A DNA stretch of 45,410 bases from Mucilaginibacter sp. (GCA_029237615.1 JAQNCM010000411.1:1-45410), one strand, 5' to 3'; numbered from the stretch's first letter, positions 1-11,955 are shown. Program-made: numbers and translations. Notes: generated from the sequence alone by a model not told the origin.

Positions 1-1578
<1,578 letters not shown>

Positions 1579-1762
1579 TATGAATTCGTTGTTCGGTAAA
1601 CTGAAATGTTTTAAGCATTTCAGGGTGGTTCTTTTTATTGGTGAAGAAAAGAGGTGTCTGTAGCGTTTGTTTGCTTAACTCCTTACAAATAAAGCAAATA
1701 ATAGAGCAATTAATCCGCTATTTGCAATTATGTACATCCTGTTGCAGGTTTCAAAATAAATT

Positions 1763-1798
1763 AAAAAAGTGTAAAGCCATCTCACCTGCTTTACACTT
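1763..1798 (-). terminator. Intrinsic terminator downstream of susD
   Basis: Minus strand reads AAGTGTAAAGC-N10-GCTTTACACTT followed by TTTT: an 11-bp perfect stem about 15 nt after the susD stop. Confidence 0.8.
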
Positions 1799-1813
1799 AT
1801 TAATCAACTATAA

Positions 1814-3637
1814 TCAGTAACCCGGATTCTGCTTGATTTTAGAATTGGAATTGGTCTCATTCAATGGAATAGGCCATACGTAAGATTTATTATCAGAAAA
1901 AGTTTGCGTTAAAGGACTCGAAACGTTTATAGCTGTTCCGAAATATGCTGCTTCTGAAGCGCCAATTTTCCATCTGCACACATCAAACCACCATGTGCCC
2001 TCATTAAATAACTCGGCCCAGCGTTCGTAATATAAAGGGTTGTGACCTAAAACCGGATCCGGGCTAACCGGATTTGCAGCAGGTGTAGCATCAGTAAGTG
2101 ATTTGTAATCAATTGCAGATGGTGTGTTAACAGGCATGCTGTAAGCCCGGCGTCTAACTTTATTAAGGTACTCCAGGCCGGTTGGATTGTCACCAGAAGC
2201 TATACTTGCCTCAGCATATAAAAGATACACGTCTGCTAAACGAAGCAGGTAGTAATCCCATTTATCTGAGTTGATGGAATTTTCATTATAATCTATTGGA
2301 GAATATTTTCTCATAGACCATCCGTATCCGGCAAAACCAGCAGGTTTTGCTACCAGCGCAAAATGAGTGCCATCAAATTGTACCGAATCAACCCGGGGTT
2401 GTAAACCACAAACATATAAACGCGGGTCTACAGTATTATTTGTCCTGGCCTGCAAGGCCGCCTGCTTATACACCGGGTCCATCACTAACTGCTGATTGTA
2501 ATAGGTAGGACCTGTAGCAGCATTATAGTTAGGATTAGGTACTATCAAATAGTTATTGCCAAGTGCATAGCCAAAACGCAAAACATTCTGATCATGGAAA
2601 AATTCATTGGCATAGCCCAGGGTAGTTAGTTGCGCGTCTGTTCCATTAAATGGTTTTCCATTTGAACCATAACCACCATATGTCCATGGACACCAGATAA
2701 GGCCGTTAATGGTTGATGAGTTTGCCACACCGCTGTAAATACCATATCCTCCTTGTGGGTTTGGATCAATATACAACTCAAGTAATGATTCACTGTTGAA
2801 TTTATTAGCCCCGTTAAATGCATTATGATAAGTGGAATAAGGCATTAATGATTTGCCGCTATTTGTTATTACATCGTTTAAAACGGTTTTTGCATTAGCC
2901 CAATCCTGGGTATAAACGTAAGCTTTACCTAATAGCCCTTTTGCTGACCATTCAGTGGCCCGTGCAACATCGGTCGAAGGCCAAACCTGTCCTTTAAGTA
3001 AAGTTGCAGCTTGTTTTTCGTCATTAACAATCAACGCCCATACATCTTTTACAGGGCTGCGTGCTACCTGAGTTGCAGCTAAACTTTGCGGCACTTCTGT
3101 ATATAATGGAACCCCCTGTTTATCGCCGTTTACGCCGCCCGCCTGCATATAGGCTTCGCCATAAAAGCATTCCAACTCCATATAATACCATCCCCTAAGG
3201 CAATAAGCCTGGCCAAGTATCAGGTTAACAGCTTGTTTATCTACAGATGGATTGGTCTTTAATAATACATTTGCTGCATAAATAGTAACATTACAATTCT
3301 TAATACCAGCGTATAAGGCAGTCCATGTTTCCTGCGCATACTGATTTCCAACGGTAAGGTTGTTAGCGGCCATTTCGTTAATTGCAGAAAAACCGGTAAA
3401 CTGAGAATTAACCGTATGCGTTGATTGTGCCAATGCCCTTGGCATAAGGTCAAAGCCAAACAGGCCAATATCACGTAAATTGGCATAGCATGATACCAGC
3501 ACCGTTTGCAGTTGAGTAATAGTGCTGGGATAGGTACTACTGCCATACTTATTTGGTGCTCCAACATTAATCGGATTCTTTTTGCATCCCGCTATTAAAA
3601 CAAAGGCGAGTGCTGCTATATATTTTTTCTTTAACAT
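1814..3637 (-). CDS. SusD/RagB family glycan-binding lipoprotein
   Basis: Lipobox (LIAG-C); SusD motifs GQAYCLRGWYY, LLRLADVYLLYAEA, LNKVRRRA, ERWAELFNEG..WFD, PIP..E; immediately downstream of susC. Confidence 0.95.
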   Translation of the reverse strand: MLKKKYIAALAFVLIAGCKKNPINVGAPNKYGSSTYPSTITQLQTVLVSCYANLRDIGLFGFDLMPRALAQSTHTVNSQFTGFSAINEMAANNLTVGNQYAQETWTALYAGIKNCNVTIYAANVLLKTNPSVDKQAVNLILGQAYCLRGWYYMELECFYGEAYMQAGGVNGDKQGVPLYTEVPQSLAATQVARSPVKDVWALIVNDEKQAATLLKGQVWPSTDVARATEWSAKGLLGKAYVYTQDWANAKTVLNDVITNSGKSLMPYSTYHNAFNGANKFNSESLLELYIDPNPQGGYGIYSGVANSSTINGLIWCPWTYGGYGSNGKPFNGTDAQLTTLGYANEFFHDQNVLRFGYALGNNYLIVPNPNYNAATGPTYYNQQLVMDPVYKQAALQARTNNTVDPRLYVCGLQPRVDSVQFDGTHFALVAKPAGFAGYGWSMRKYSPIDYNENSINSDKWDYYLLRLADVYLLYAEASIASGDNPTGLEYLNKVRRRAYSMPVNTPSAIDYKSLTDATPAANPVSPDPVLGHNPLYYERWAELFNEGTWWFDVCRWKIGASEAAYFGTAINVSSPLTQTFSDNKSYVWPIPLNETNSNSKIKQNPGY

Positions 3638-3661
3638 TTTAATAAATTTTGAAGGTTATTA

Positions 3662-6600
3662 CTATAAACTAACATCAAGTCCTGCTGAAAAAATTCGTGC
3701 CTGAGGATAATTTGTTACCGCATCAATACCCTGAGTCGTAGGATTAATGGCTCCACCTGTAGTGAATGCACTGCCCAGCTCCGGATCAAGCCCTTTATAC
3801 TTGGTAATGGTGAATACATTATTAGCCATTATAAATATTCTCAGATTTTTTATACTGATCTGTTGCAAAGCTTTACCGGAAAATGTATAACCTAACTGCA
3901 GATTCTTAAGCTTTAAATAGGCTCCGTTTTCAACAAAATAGCTGTTTACTGATGAATAATTTTGGTTTGCATCCAAACTATTCCCACCGCCCGTATTCGG
4001 GCTAAGCAATCTTGGTTGTGAAGTAAGGCCATTTGAGCCTAAAAAAGAATCGTGGAAAACCTGTGTGGTAGTATTACCGTCAGCAAAAAGGGACTGTTCA
4101 TAAGCTTTTACCCCATTAAACAGTTGTACACCAGCTACACCATTAAATAATGCAGCCAAATCAAATCCGGCGTAGTTAAGGCGAATATTAAAGCCATAAA
4201 TAAACTTTGGATTAGGGTTTCCTATTACCTGCCTGTCATTTTGGTCTATTTTGCCATCACCATTAACATCCTGATACTGTAAGTCGCCTGCATTTGCCTT
4301 TTTTCCATTAACAACTTGCTGTTGTGCCGCAGCCTGGTCAGCAAAAATTCCCAGTGCTTTATAGCCATAGAATGAACCAAACGGCAAGCCTACTTTTGTA
4401 ATAGTTAATTGTTGATTGGCCATTTGGTTAAAACCTGAATTTCCTAAACTATAATAGTTATAACCATTAAAAACAGCATCGGTAGCGGCGCCGCTTAGTT
4501 TAGTTACTTTGTTTTGATTAAAGCTTAAATTAGCGCTTATATCAAAACCAAGCTTGCCAATTTTATTACGATAACCTGCCATTAAATCAAATCCTTTGTT
4601 TTCAACATCACCAATATTTACGATATAAGGATCTTTAAATCCTGAACTGGCTGATAATGATAATTGGTAGATTAGATCGGAAGTCTTTTTGTTATACCAT
4701 TCAGCCGTAAAATAAAGGCTGCCGTGTAACGCCTCGCCATCAAAGCCTATATTAGTTTCAGTAATAGTTTCCCAATGCAAAAGTGGATTAGGTAAGCCGG
4801 TTAATGTATTTGCTATCTGGAAAGGCTGACCCGGTGCGAAACCCTGGGCTCCGCCACTTGCGCCGGTAGCCGACTGAAACTGGCTATAGTTTGAAGCAAA
4901 TGCATATGGAGAAACATTGGAGTTACCAAGCTTTCCATAGCTTCCGCGAAATTTAAGGCTATTTATACCAGGCAATGCACTTTTAAAGAATGGCTCCTCA
5001 CTGACAGTCCAGCCTGCTGATGCTGCCGGAAATACACCTTTTTGCTTATCTGGACCAAATACATTGTAGTTAGCATCCTGACGGATAGAAGCAGATAAAA
5101 AATAACGCTCGTTATAATTGTAATTAACCCGTGCGAATTGCGATTTTATAAGACCCTGAGGATCATAGGTACCCGAAAGGGATAAGCTTGAAGCAGAGGT
5201 TTGAATATACGAGTAACCCGGCTGACCTATTTGACTTTCGCTTGAATAGATGTTATTTGTTTTATTAACGATCTGTTCATAACCGGCTAAAGCATTGATG
5301 TTGTGTTTGCCAAAACTTTGGTTATAAGTTAACACGTAATTGGTAAGTAACTGGCTGCTTTGTGCATAAGATTTGGCAAGACCATTATTGGGAGATGCCA
5401 CAGGTCCGAAACTATAACTATTCTGAAAAAAATCGGTTGTTTGCAGATAATAACTATAGCCGAAAGTAGTTCTAAAGTCCAGGTGAAACGGAAGTTTTAA
5501 ATCAGCATATGCATTTCCCTGAAAATTATTCTTTACATCCTGCGCTCCTGCGGAGTTAACTGCTCCTAAAGGATTTGGTCCTGAAAACCGGATTCCATAC
5601 CCCGAGGGTTCTGTTCCATAGGAGCCATCTTTATTATATACAGGGATAATTGGCTGGGTACGAAACGGAGCATTATGCAAATCAGCCTCGGCACCAACAA
5701 GCGGTGACGTTATCCGTTGGGACACATCAATTTGCTCGCCAATAGTTAAGTACTTACTTAGTTTATAGTCGGAATTAATACGTGCGCCACCGATGTTTGA
5801 GTAATTTTTAATAAAAATCCCTGTTTGCTGGTTATAAAACCCAGATGCCAAATAATTTATATTAGGTGAAGCACCCGAAATTGAAAGATTATAATTTTGT
5901 TCGGTACCGTTGCGGTATAACTGATCTACCCAATTGGTATTGGCGAGTGTATCAAGCTTGGTTGCACCAGCAAAGAATATCGGGTTAACGAGATTCTGCA
6001 ACTTAATAAAATCATTGGTGTTAAGCAATTGAACCAGTTTAGGCTTGGTAACGCCATATCTTGCGCTGAAGGTAATTGCCGGGGCCGCCCCTATATTTGA
6101 GCCCTTTTTAGTAGTGACCAATATAACTCCTCCTGCAGCTGCAGAGCCATAAATAGCCGCTGAAGCCGCATCTTTCATCACATCGATCGAAGCAATGTCC
6201 TGCGGGTTAACATTGTTAAGGTCGGATTGCCTCACACCGTCAACAATGTACAATGGGTTAGGTTGATAAAAAGAGGCCACACCTCTTATAATAATTTGCG
6301 GAACAGCGTCTGGTGCAGCCGAACTTTGAATAATGTTAACACCGGCTACCCTTCCCTGCAATGCAGCAATTGGGTTTGTAATAGGCTGGTCTTTAAATAC
6401 ATCGCCCTTGACGGAAGAAATGGAGCCGGTAAGGTCTTTCCTCTTTTGAGTTCCATACCCAACAACTACTATTTCATTTAAATTGGTTTGGTTTTCAGCT
6501 AAAACCACATTAATTACTGAGCGGCCGTTCACAGGCGTTTCCTGCCTTACAAAGCCTACCATCGAAAAAACAAGCACGTCACTGGTGCGGGCGCTTATTG

Positions 6601-6790
6601 AATATTTGCCGGTCACATCGGTGTTTGTGCCGGTATTGGTTTGCCTAACCGTTATGGTTACTCCTGGCAGCGGTTGCCCTTTTTCGTCGGTAACTTTACC
6701 GGTAACAGTTGTTTTTTGAGCCACGGCCCACGATGACAACAGTAAAAATAAAGAGCAAAAAAATAATTTTAGTAATCGTTTTTTATACAT
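3662..6790 (-). CDS. SusC/RagA TonB-dependent transporter
   Basis: Signal peptide, CarboxypepD-like N-terminal domain, VVVGYGTQKRKDLTGS, KDAASAAIYGS..AGGVILVTTK plug motifs, YLKLKNLQLGYTF, C-terminal YPQARIFSAGLDVSL. Confidence 0.97.
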   Translation of the reverse strand: MYKKRLLKLFFCSLFLLLSSWAVAQKTTVTGKVTDEKGQPLPGVTITVRQTNTGTNTDVTGKYSISARTSDVLVFSMVGFVRQETPVNGRSVINVVLAENQTNLNEIVVVGYGTQKRKDLTGSISSVKGDVFKDQPITNPIAALQGRVAGVNIIQSSAAPDAVPQIIIRGVASFYQPNPLYIVDGVRQSDLNNVNPQDIASIDVMKDAASAAIYGSAAAGGVILVTTKKGSNIGAAPAITFSARYGVTKPKLVQLLNTNDFIKLQNLVNPIFFAGATKLDTLANTNWVDQLYRNGTEQNYNLSISGASPNINYLASGFYNQQTGIFIKNYSNIGGARINSDYKLSKYLTIGEQIDVSQRITSPLVGAEADLHNAPFRTQPIIPVYNKDGSYGTEPSGYGIRFSGPNPLGAVNSAGAQDVKNNFQGNAYADLKLPFHLDFRTTFGYSYYLQTTDFFQNSYSFGPVASPNNGLAKSYAQSSQLLTNYVLTYNQSFGKHNINALAGYEQIVNKTNNIYSSESQIGQPGYSYIQTSASSLSLSGTYDPQGLIKSQFARVNYNYNERYFLSASIRQDANYNVFGPDKQKGVFPAASAGWTVSEEPFFKSALPGINSLKFRGSYGKLGNSNVSPYAFASNYSQFQSATGASGGAQGFAPGQPFQIANTLTGLPNPLLHWETITETNIGFDGEALHGSLYFTAEWYNKKTSDLIYQLSLSASSGFKDPYIVNIGDVENKGFDLMAGYRNKIGKLGFDISANLSFNQNKVTKLSGAATDAVFNGYNYYSLGNSGFNQMANQQLTITKVGLPFGSFYGYKALGIFADQAAAQQQVVNGKKANAGDLQYQDVNGDGKIDQNDRQVIGNPNPKFIYGFNIRLNYAGFDLAALFNGVAGVQLFNGVKAYEQSLFADGNTTTQVFHDSFLGSNGLTSQPRLLSPNTGGGNSLDANQNYSSVNSYFVENGAYLKLKNLQLGYTFSGKALQQISIKNLRIFIMANNVFTITKYKGLDPELGSAFTTGGAINPTTQGIDAVTNYPQARIFSAGLDVSL

Positions 6791-7227
6791 AATACTTAAT
6801 AATTTGAGTTTGATTAATTGGTTTAATTTTGATGTTGGCCAGGTGATTCACACATTATTAAATCCCTTAGCCCGAAAGCATACGGACGACTAAATGCCCT
6901 TCTCTGGCGGTATTCAGGTTGCATTGTGGTTTCGCAATCAAAATGCAACTAAACAACCTTACAGGCGTTTGTTTAAATTTCATGGTTCAGTAAGATTTAG
7001 AAATAATTTGGTTTATAATAATCAATTACCCGGACGCTATGGATTGGCCTTGAATTGATATATCAAAGAGAAGAGATAAAATAGATAGCTGCTAATTTAA
7101 AAGGCAAAATATAAAGACCCAGCACGCAGTGTTGTGTCCAATATGTTGTTTATCAGTGCTTTGTATATAGTTTAAAAGCAACGGAATATAAATGACGTAT
7201 AACTTGCTATATTGACAGAAGGATAGA

Positions 7228-8832
7228 TCAGAGGGCTTTAATTCCCATAATAGCGTCTTCAAATTCATCATTTGTGATGATTGATTTAGCTTTTATGCGG
7301 GCCTTATAATTATAAATAGTATTAACGGAATACTCAAGGATGTGAGCAATTTTTTCAGTGTCACTAATACCAAGCCTTATCAGGGCAAAAATGCGAAGGT
7401 CGGTATTTAACAATTGGTTAGGCAGCAGCTTTACATGGTTCTCTTCGTGAAACAGCGCGTTATAGCTTTCTACAAAATTGGGAAATATCTTCAGGAAGGC
7501 TTTATCAAAATTTATAAATAACTCTTCCCTTTCTTTAGACAGATTAATGTTATTAACCAGTATACGGATATCCTCAAATCGTTTTGTAGTAAGCTTGTTA
7601 TCAACAGATCGCTTAAACTTATCGAGCTTATTGATATATTCAGAAATTAGGTTAAAATAATAGCCAATATATTCTTCCTTTATTTTATTGGCCTCGTTCA
7701 GCTTATCAATACTTTCAAGGAGATGGTGATTGGTTTCAATTATCACTTTATCGGCTATCCTTAATTTCCTTAGTTGTTTATAAATAATAACTGCAAAAAC
7801 AACAACCATCAAAGCTAATACGGTAAGCGATAATGCGTAAAAAAACAAAATACGCCGTTGCCCTTCAACTGAATTTATCCTGTCTCCGGCTATAACAGGC
7901 AGAATGGCGTTTACCTGTATTTCTCTTTGCCTTGCGCCATAATAGGTTGCATCGTCAAGCGCCTCGTTAATATAAATATAGGCATTGTTAACATCGCCCT
8001 TTTTGTGCAGCAGTTGCGCCAGATTCATCATTGCAGCAGCTTCTTTGGTTGATGATTTTATATCAGCGATGGCAGCAGGTATCAACAGAGAGATGGCACT
8101 ATCTATCTGGTTATCCCGGATATAAATATCGCTTAGCGTTGATGCTGTTACCGCGAACTGGTGGTCAGTTAAATGATAATCTTTTACCAGAGTTTTTAAC
8201 TCATTTACAGCCTTTAATATATTCCCGGTTTTTAAATATCTTAACCCGGTATAATAAATGTATTGGGATGAACTGGGTTTACATAAAGCAGTGGATGAAT
8301 CAATATATTTCCCTGCCCGGCTGTTATATATAGGGGTGTAATAATCGTCCTTATCATAGTCAGCCAAGTCATAATATGTGCGGGCGGTTAAAAAATAATA
8401 TTCTCCGCGGGCTTCGTTATCAAGCAATTTCACATTTACATTTTTAAGGGTATCAAAAGCCTCCTTAAACATACCGGATGAAAGCGAAATAAACCCGAAT
8501 TTGATGCGGCTGTAAGCAATTTTAGCAGGATCTTTTAAAAGATTGCCCGCTTGCTGCAGTTTTTTGGCGTAGTAAAATGCTTTTGCATAATTGAAAGATT
8601 TATACTCCTCATAAAATTTTAAATAAATGTTGTATTTAAAATTAAGATCGGGGTTGGGGGCATTGTTTAAATCCTGCTGCAGTTTATCAATCCTCGCCAG
8701 CTTTTTGGCATCATAGTCCTTTTTTTTCTCTAAAATATGATTGAGTTTAATCAACAGACTATCATAGCCCTGTTTTGCGAAGACCGGGTGAAAAAAAAAT
8801 AAGACTACAAATAAAAGTAATATTCTTCTCAT
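7228..8832 (-). CDS. SusR-like (DUF6377-type) membrane-spanning PUL regulator
   Basis: Likely start is ATG 8832 (MRRILLL..., signal peptide). Helical/TPR-like periplasmic region, one TM, coiled coil, then C-terminal LRIFALIRLGI...IAHILEYSVNTIYNYK HTH; lies upstream of susC. Confidence 0.85.
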   Translation of the reverse strand: MRRILLLFVVLFFFHPVFAKQGYDSLLIKLNHILEKKKDYDAKKLARIDKLQQDLNNAPNPDLNFKYNIYLKFYEEYKSFNYAKAFYYAKKLQQAGNLLKDPAKIAYSRIKFGFISLSSGMFKEAFDTLKNVNVKLLDNEARGEYYFLTARTYYDLADYDKDDYYTPIYNSRAGKYIDSSTALCKPSSSQYIYYTGLRYLKTGNILKAVNELKTLVKDYHLTDHQFAVTASTLSDIYIRDNQIDSAISLLIPAAIADIKSSTKEAAAMMNLAQLLHKKGDVNNAYIYINEALDDATYYGARQREIQVNAILPVIAGDRINSVEGQRRILFFYALSLTVLALMVVVFAVIIYKQLRKLRIADKVIIETNHHLLESIDKLNEANKIKEEYIGYYFNLISEYINKLDKFKRSVDNKLTTKRFEDIRILVNNINLSKEREELFINFDKAFLKIFPNFVESYNALFHEENHVKLLPNQLLNTDLRIFALIRLGISDTEKIAHILEYSVNTIYNYKARIKAKSIITNDEFEDAIMGIKAL

Positions 8833-9249
8833 GTAAGGAACACTGGCAAAGCCCTCATTAGGACCAATAATTTTTAGGTTTATCAAACTGGTATGAAGGC
8901 CTATATTGATTTATTGTTATAAAAATAGAAAAAAATGTCTCTATCGGCATTATTAATTTTTAATTTAATTGAAAGGGCGTATATATGAACTTAATAATTT
9001 CATATTAGTTTAATGAGCATTCAATAAGTGATAATACGCGATATACCTCTAAAAATGATTTAATTGTACCGTTATGCTTTTTATGATAATGCAACAAGTT
9101 TATTTGCCGTTATTTATTTACTTGCAAAACTAAAGTCCGGCCACACTACATCACCTATAATCAGGTTGTACGTTATTAACGAGTCTCTTAAATGAGTTGC
9201 GATTGTCGTAACTTAGCACTTTCCTTAAGCTAAGCAGCTATTTCCTCTT

Positions 9250-10221
9250 ATGCCAACAAGTCCAAAACAAACGATCGCCGAAAAAGAGAATTTACATCCC
9301 AGAAATGCCCACAGGCACGGGTATGATTTTGAGCAGCTGATAGAAACCAGTCCTGAATTTCGCCCTTTTGTTAAACTGAATGAATACGGTATTGAATCAA
9401 TCAGTTTTAGCGATCCGCAGGCGGTAAAAATGCTGAATAAAAGTTTGTTGAAGCAATTTTATGGCGTTAACGACTGGGACATACCGGAAGGATATCTTTG
9501 TCCGCCGATACCTGGCCGCGCAGATTATATACATTATGTGGCCGACCTGTTAAGTGAAAACAATAACGGCAAAGTCCCCACCGGGAAAAGCATAAAAATT
9601 TTGGATGTTGGCACCGGTGCTAATTGTATTTACCCGGTTATTGGCAGCAGTGTTTACGGCTGGCAGTTTGTTGGTACCGATATCGACCCTATTGCTATCC
9701 GTTCTGCAAAAGACATCATTGCAGCAAATAATCACTTAAAAAGCAATGTCTTATTGCGGCAGCAAACCAACAAGCATAATATTTTTAAAGGAATTATTGT
9801 TAAGGATGAAGGTTTTGATGCAACCATCTGTAATCCGCCCTTCCATGGTTCCCTGCAGGAAGCACAGTTGGCAACTATCAATAAATGGAACAAATTAAAA
9901 ACGGGCGGCCAGCCGCAAACGACACTAAATTTTGGCGGGCAAAAAAAGGAATTGTGGTACCATGGCGGCGAGGCGGCATTTATTAAACTTATTATTGAAC
10001 AAAGCGCATTGGTAGCCAAACAATGTTTATGGTTTACCACCCTGGTATCAAAAAAAAACACACTCCCGGGTGTTTACAAGGCCTTAAAAAAGGTTGCAGC
10101 TTATGAGGTAAGAAATATCAGTATGTCGCAGGGCCAAAAAGTAAGCCGCATTGTGGCCTGGACGTTTTTGAATGAAGCGGAGCGGGCAGAATGGGCCCAA
10201 ACATGGTGGCATAAAGCGTAA
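9250..10221 (+). CDS. rlmF: 23S rRNA m6A1618 methyltransferase
   Basis: LHPRNAH, LCPPIPGRADYIH, LDVGTGANCIYP, CNPPFH, GGE..F, MSQGQK.SRIVAWTF. Confidence 0.95.
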   Translation: MPTSPKQTIAEKENLHPRNAHRHGYDFEQLIETSPEFRPFVKLNEYGIESISFSDPQAVKMLNKSLLKQFYGVNDWDIPEGYLCPPIPGRADYIHYVADLLSENNNGKVPTGKSIKILDVGTGANCIYPVIGSSVYGWQFVGTDIDPIAIRSAKDIIAANNHLKSNVLLRQQTNKHNIFKGIIVKDEGFDATICNPPFHGSLQEAQLATINKWNKLKTGGQPQTTLNFGGQKKELWYHGGEAAFIKLIIEQSALVAKQCLWFTTLVSKKNTLPGVYKALKKVAAYEVRNISMSQGQKVSRIVAWTFLNEAERAEWAQTWWHKA

Positions 10222-10232
10222 ATCCGCCTTCA

Positions 10233-10301
10233 GGCCCCTCTAAACCTCCCCCGGTAGGGAAGACTTTAACTTCATTCTTTCTCAAAAGCCCTTTGGGGAG
10301 G
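10233..10301. repeat. GC-rich REP-like palindromic element (degenerate) between convergent genes
   Basis: GGCCCCTCTAAACCTCCCCCGGTAGGGAAGACTTT...AAGCCCTTTGGGGAGG; CCTCCCC (10245-10251) can pair with GGGGAGG (10295-10301); GC-rich island in an AT-rich spacer. Confidence 0.5.
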
Positions 10302-10436
10302 TTGACTAAAATAAATTTGGGAACAAATTCGAACGCCGTTTCCCTTGACTAAAGACATTGCGCCTGCTAACCTTTAACTGAGCCGCGAAATTTTGGCAAA
10401 CTCCGGGAATTCGCATTTACAGATGTTTTTTACCAA

Positions 10437-10928
10437 TTAAACATTTACAGTCTTAACCAAAACTACTTGCCCAATGTGGTAAGCAACATGATTTGCCCTG
10501 TTCAACAACACGCTTAGCCTGTTTCTTGAAGGGTCCTTTTCAAAATCTTCATCAGTCATTGCATTATGCCTTTTGAACCAATCGCCGGGGGATAACTGAT
10601 CAAATAAAGTGTTCAATTCGCCATGTACTTCTGTCCAATGCGCTTTAAGTTCTTCAATCGGCGGTAATTTTATTGATGGATTATCAGGGTTTTGCAAAAA
10701 TATCACCGCTAAATCAGGTCTGTTCTGCTTTCCTATTCCCAAAGTTTCTTTCAGCATATCATGATAAGCAGCAAGATGCCCGTATAAATAAACGATACGG
10801 TTTTTTCCGGTAGCTACAGGTAAATAAAACTCGTCGTCGGTATACGAATTAAATACCTTTTCAGCCCTTTTTACCTGGGTGTTCCAGCTTAAAAGCGCCA
10901 TTTTAACAAATAATTGTTGCTGATCCAT
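10437..10928 (-). CDS. DinB/YfiT-like four-helix protein
   Basis: N-terminal N..YLYGHL and C-terminal NHVAYHIGQ histidine motif typical of the DinB superfamily. Confidence 0.85.
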   Translation of the reverse strand: MDQQQLFVKMALLSWNTQVKRAEKVFNSYTDDEFYLPVATGKNRIVYLYGHLAAYHDMLKETLGIGKQNRPDLAVIFLQNPDNPSIKLPPIEELKAHWTEVHGELNTLFDQLSPGDWFKRHNAMTDEDFEKDPSRNRLSVLLNRANHVAYHIGQVVLVKTVNV

Positions 10929-11064
10929 TTATAATTTTTTTAGTAAAGATGAGACTTTGATGGATTTTAAAAGGGTTAGCATTATAAATTGACAGGTATC
11001 TGACGTTTAAGGTGTGTAAACGAAAATAAAAAACCATGACGGTTTTGTACCGGGATACACAAAT

Positions 11065-11091
11065 ATAAAGCACCGGATACTGGTGCTTTAT
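11065..11091 (-). terminator. Hairpin, likely terminator of the isochorismatase-like gene
   Basis: ATAAAGCACC-GGATACT-GGTGCTTTAT, a 10-bp perfect stem 24 nt after the stop; weak U tail on the minus strand. Confidence 0.6.
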
Positions 11092-11114
11092 TCGAAACTC
11101 TACCGAATCATTTA

Positions 11115-11672
11115 CTATTTAACCCAGTCTTCTAATGCAATTACATCTGCATGCCGTGGGAAAATCTTGGTGGTCAGCACTCGATGCACTTCCTCGTCGC
11201 CATCAGCACAACAGTCGGCTAATACAGTTAAACGGTAATCTTTATCGGCCGCTTCGCGTAAGGTTGACAGCACCACACCGCTGGTAGCTATGCCGGTAAG
11301 AACCAGGTGCTTTATACCGAATGATCTTAAAATAATTTCAAAGTCGCTGCCCGCAAATGCACTTACACGGCGCTTTACAACCGTTACCTCGTCGGCCAAG
11401 GGCTCCAGGTCCTGGTGCACTTTCATAAAATCGACCATATTTACATTGACCAGTCTTTCTTTAAAGGCGCTGAAGCTTTTATTGTTCATGTCTATTTCCG
11501 GCATTCCCTGTCTGAATCCTACAACCACATAAATAACGGGTATTTTCTTTTCACGGGCAGCTGCTATTGCCTGGGCAACATTGCCGATAAGCGCCCCGGC
11601 GGAGGGAAGCATGGCAAGTGTTCCCATCTGCATATCCATTACAAGCAATGCGGTTTCTGTGTTTTGTTTCAT
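11115..11672 (-). CDS. Isochorismatase-like (cysteine hydrolase) family protein
   Basis: TALLVMDMQ, KRRVSAF, LTGIATSGVVLSTLREAADKDY; the usual nucleophilic Cys position reads V. Confidence 0.9.
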   Translation of the reverse strand: MKQNTETALLVMDMQMGTLAMLPSAGALIGNVAQAIAAAREKKIPVIYVVVGFRQGMPEIDMNNKSFSAFKERLVNVNMVDFMKVHQDLEPLADEVTVVKRRVSAFAGSDFEIILRSFGIKHLVLTGIATSGVVLSTLREAADKDYRLTVLADCCADGDEEVHRVLTTKIFPRHADVIALEDWVK

Positions 11673-11842
11673 TCTTTTGTTTTAACATTAATGTTAGCTA
11701 ATTCACTTCAATTAACTGGTATACCGAAAAATAATCAGACAGGCAATAATAAGTTATATATATGCCTTAATTGTATTATGATCCATTAGTGGATGTAAAC
11801 GCTGCAAATATCTTTATTTTCAACCAGCAGTGGCAAAACATG

Positions 11843-11850
11843 CAAAGTTA
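11843..11850 (-). promoter_or_regulatory. Bacteroidota -7 box (TAACTTTG) for the isochorismatase-like gene
   Basis: Exact TAnnTTTG match on the minus strand ~170 nt upstream of the start; no clear -33 element. Confidence 0.45.
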
Positions 11851-11955
11851 GGGTTGTTTTTTTGAAAGATATGGGACATAATAGTTGAAAAGAGATCAAA
11901 TTATTTGTAGCTCGCTGGTTGCTTAACTTCTATATTTCGCATTAGATAAATTCCT

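Noticed and set aside
8833-8886. N-terminal extension of the SusR-like ORF
   Set aside because: The signal peptide begins at ATG 8832; the upstream TTG start is unlikely.
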